Positions 60,803 through 64,000 of a stretch of DNA of 64,000 bases are shown one piece after another. The DNA is taken from positions 2,418,001 through 2,482,000 of the forward strand of contig NEEC01000009.1 of NCBI GenBank assembly GCA_002189035.1. The letters are read 5' to 3'. This DNA comes from Utricularia gibba (Eukaryota; Plantae; Magnoliophyta). Positions within the stretch are counted from its first letter, which is position 1; each line of letters starts with the position of its first letter. The notes beneath the pieces are model-generated. The model saw only the letters and a program-made list of their open reading frames with translations, did not search any database and had not been told where the DNA came from. Position numbers and translations under genes: made by a program.

Positions 60803-63724
60803 ATGCCCGTACTACTGAAGCCCTTCATTTCTGCTCCTTCTACTTCTCTATCAAGGTAAATTCTTCTCTATTGACCTTCATTGTTGAAGGTCTGTACGTT
60901 TGTCGAATTGGTCGCTGTAATAAGTTGGCGGTTGAAAGTGCTTTGTTTTTGGATGAATTTTTATGTGGAGTAATATGAGCTTGTCTTTTTCCCTAGTGTT
61001 CTGTGGTTCACGACTTTGCGTCTTGTTTTCAGCATATCTCATGGTTGCAAAGGTTCCGGTGGTTTGAATATTATATGCAGAAGGGAAAATGTTGTATGCC
61101 TTGGCATGTTGGCCCCTAGGAAGTTTATGCAGAAGAGAAAAAAAGTAGAGGTTTTTAGGGATGCCGAGGATGAGGAAGATCAGAAAAACTGGAGGAAGAT
61201 AATGCTTGAAATAGAAGAAGCTGATTCTGCTGTGGATGTACTCAGAAGCAGGAGGGTCAAGAACCAGGCTCTGCCCAAGGATTTGATTGTTGGGACTCTG
61301 ATCAGATTGAAGCAACTCAAAAAATGGGACGTTGTTAGCCAGGTTTGTGGAAAGTTTGTTGATATGTATCTTTTTATATTGTGGGAATTGTAAGCCATAT
61401 TTATCTAACTATCATCTGTGTTGATGTCACAATATGTGCCTAGATTCTTGAGTGGCTGAGGACTCAGCATTGGTGGGACTTCAAGGAGTTGGATTTTTTG
61501 ATGCTTATTACTGCTTACGGAAAAAAAGGGGACTTCATTAAGGCTGAGAGGATTCTAAGTTGCATTAACAGCAAAGGTTACCCACCGCATGTTGTATCTT
61601 ATACAGCACTTATGGAAGCATATGGAAGAGGGGGTCAATACAATAAAGCAGAATCTACATTTCGCAGGATGCAGTCTTCAGGTCCTGAGCCATCTGCTTT
61701 GACCTATCAAATAATTTTCAAGATATTTGTCGAGGTGAGAGATAAATGCAACTTTCACCTAATACAATCTTTGTTAAATCATAATCTTCATTGGGGGTGT
61801 AAAATGCTTCACTGCTCAACAGCGGTGGATACTTTGGTCAATTTTCCTACGTAGTCTCAAGCATCGAAGACAGTGGTTTGAGTGTAGTGAATCTATTGAA
61901 TACTAGAAAAAACAACCATGTCCATTTAGGCATTGCAAGAGATTTGGTCTAAGGTTTCAATGAACATATGCGATATTCATAAGGTGGAAAACATGTTAAA
62001 ATTTATCGTCCCTGAGTGTTTGACAGTGTTAGTATTGAAGTTGGAGTCAGGTCTTCAATCTCCTATGAAGCACAATTTTACATAAAAGAGGGTATTTTTT
62101 TTATAGATTCTCTAGATTCTTTTTGTTTATTAACATGTTGCATTTACTTGAATGCATTGCAATTTTTCAGTCTCAATTCAAACTCTTCACAAGCATATGA
62201 TGTTTCAGGGAGGAAAATTTACAGAAGCTGAAGAATTGTTTGAAAAACTTCTGAACGGGGAGATTTCAACCTTGAAAGTAGACCAGAAAATGTTTCACAT
62301 GATGATTTATATGTACAAGAAAAAGGGGTCTTATGACAAAGCTCGTAAACTGTTTGCAATGATGGCAGATAGAGGCGTGCCACAAACAACAGTTACTTAC
62401 AACAGCTTGATGTCCTTTGAAACTAACTACAAGGAGGTTTCGAATGTATTCGACCAGGTATAAATAAACATTTTTGAAACGTGTTTATGTGTTCAAATCC
62501 TGCCATGGTTGTACCTCTTCACTGAATGAATATGAATCAACTACAAACTATAACAAAAAAATTAGATGGGTTTCGCACTTGTTATAGCCAAGGTCACTGA
62601 TGATGTTAGCATGAATCAAGTTGGAAAGATGCTTTGCATGATAAGGCTAACATACCACAATTTTTGTTTATGAGGTTTTGTCAATGGAATACCTAGGATA
62701 TAATTAGGTATATTTTTTCCCCTGCAGCTTGTGCTTATGATAACTAAAGTGCTTTCATCAGATGCAAAAAGCGGGTCTTCAACCGGATGTTGTGAGCTAC
62801 GCACTTCTTGTTAATGCCTATGGGAAAGCTAGGAGGGAAGAAGAGGCGTTAGCTGTTTTTGAAGAGATGCTTGATGCTGAAGTCAGGTTTGACATTTAAA
62901 TAGAAACCTCTTAACACTTCATCTGCAAAAGAATTGTTTTCAGTAGGGTTATCTTCACCAAATGGTTGCATAATATAAAAAAACGGTACTTCAGACCTAC
63001 AGGGAAAGCATATAACATCCTACTTGATGCATTTGCAATCTCTGGAATGGTGGAACAGGCCCGAACCGTCTTTAAGAGCATGCGAAGAGACAGGTCAGCA
63101 ATTTCAACACCTTTTTTCTTCTCGTTTTCCCCATAATCATACCCCCCTTCACCATGTACCAAATATTTGCTGTTATCGTGTGGCAGATGTACCCCTGATC
63201 TTTTCTCCTACACCACCATGCTATCAGCATACGTCAATGCATCCGATATGGATGGTGCTGAAAAGTTCTTCAAGAGGATACAACAAGATGGTCTTGAACC
63301 AAACGTAGTCACTCATGGAACTCTAATAAAAGGGTACGCTAGAGCCAACAACATTGAGAAAATGATGGAAAAATATGAGGCCATGCGTGCCCTCGGCATT
63401 AAAGCCAATGCAACCATCTTCACCACAATCATGGAAGCTTTTGGTAGAAACAAAGGCTTCAGCAGCGGAGCCGAATGGTTCAACGAGATGATTTCCAGTG
63501 GTGTAGCACCTGATCAGAAAGCCAAGAACATCCTCTTGTCCTTAGCAAAAACTGCACAGGAGTTACAGGAAGCTAAGGAGATCATAGACAGCCATTCTCC
63601 CAATGAGCTATTGAACACCGATGGTGGTGATGATGATGATGATGATGATGATGAGAATGCCAATGTGGATGAATTTGATGAGCTTATGAGCATTAGTGGC
63701 CAGCCAGGAGCCTATGATTTGTGA
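60803..63724 (+). CDS. P-class pentatricopeptide repeat protein, organelle-targeted (7 exons)
   Basis: MPVLLKPFISAP presequence, MLAPRKFMQKR, QKNWRKIM, and tandem PPR motifs (VVSYTALMEAYGRGG, TVTYNSLM, PDVVSYALLVNAYGKA, PDLFSYTTMLSAY). Acidic tail. All exons are in frame. Confidence 0.93.
63629..63655 (+). repeat. (GAT)9 coding microsatellite giving poly-Asp in the PPR C-terminus
   Basis: Read directly from the sequence; matches DDDDDDDDD in the ORF track. Confidence 0.9.
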
Positions 63725-64000
63725 CCTGTGCTTCTTTTTTTTGGCGCCCTCTTCACATATATAGTGTCATCAGTTGGTAGCTTGAGAATTCCAAGTGGTG
63801 AGCAGCATGCCTGGTGCCACCTGTTTCACAAAAAAAAAATGTTTATTTAAGAATCAATTATTTGACCCTATTTTTCAAGGAAACAAAGGGATACAGAAAG
63901 AAAACCCTATCGTCATGAAAGCTACTCCCTATTCCGTTGACTCCTCTTCTCTCTAATTAAAATACTAATAAATGTATATTCCTTAATCGCTGTCTTATGA

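Overview
Eukaryotic (angiosperm, probably eudicot) nuclear DNA from a very compact genome. I could build 24 protein-coding gene models in 64 kb, mostly with 65-130 nt introns. I saw no recognisable transposon ORF, rRNA, tRNA or CRISPR array. Order: KH/STAR protein, WDR53-like, RLP51/SNC2-like, conserved ~128-aa unknown, secreted-peptide ORF, RRP6L3, QRT1, ABCC3-like, mTERF9, plastid CxxC membrane protein, MRPL53, LOTUS+RRM (C3H18-like), LOG-family, TRN1, 61-aa membrane protein, MBOAT wax synthase, class II ERF, MAP65, IAMT1, PLPBP/YggS, SWAP splicing factor, CYP97B3, small membrane protein, PPR. Identities come from motifs I recognise from memory, not from database searches. The main cross-cutting observation is nine single-base deletions in G/C runs that frameshift eight otherwise intact genes. 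These are most likely consensus errors and should be checked against reads before any gene is called a pseudogene. The best biological leads are a candidate EAR-less splice isoform of the ERF, a RALF-like precursor without a RALF mature domain, a poison exon in the SWAP gene, a U12-like donor in WDR53, and an unexplained structured GC island at 18.8 kb. I cannot claim a wholly new system from sequence alone.
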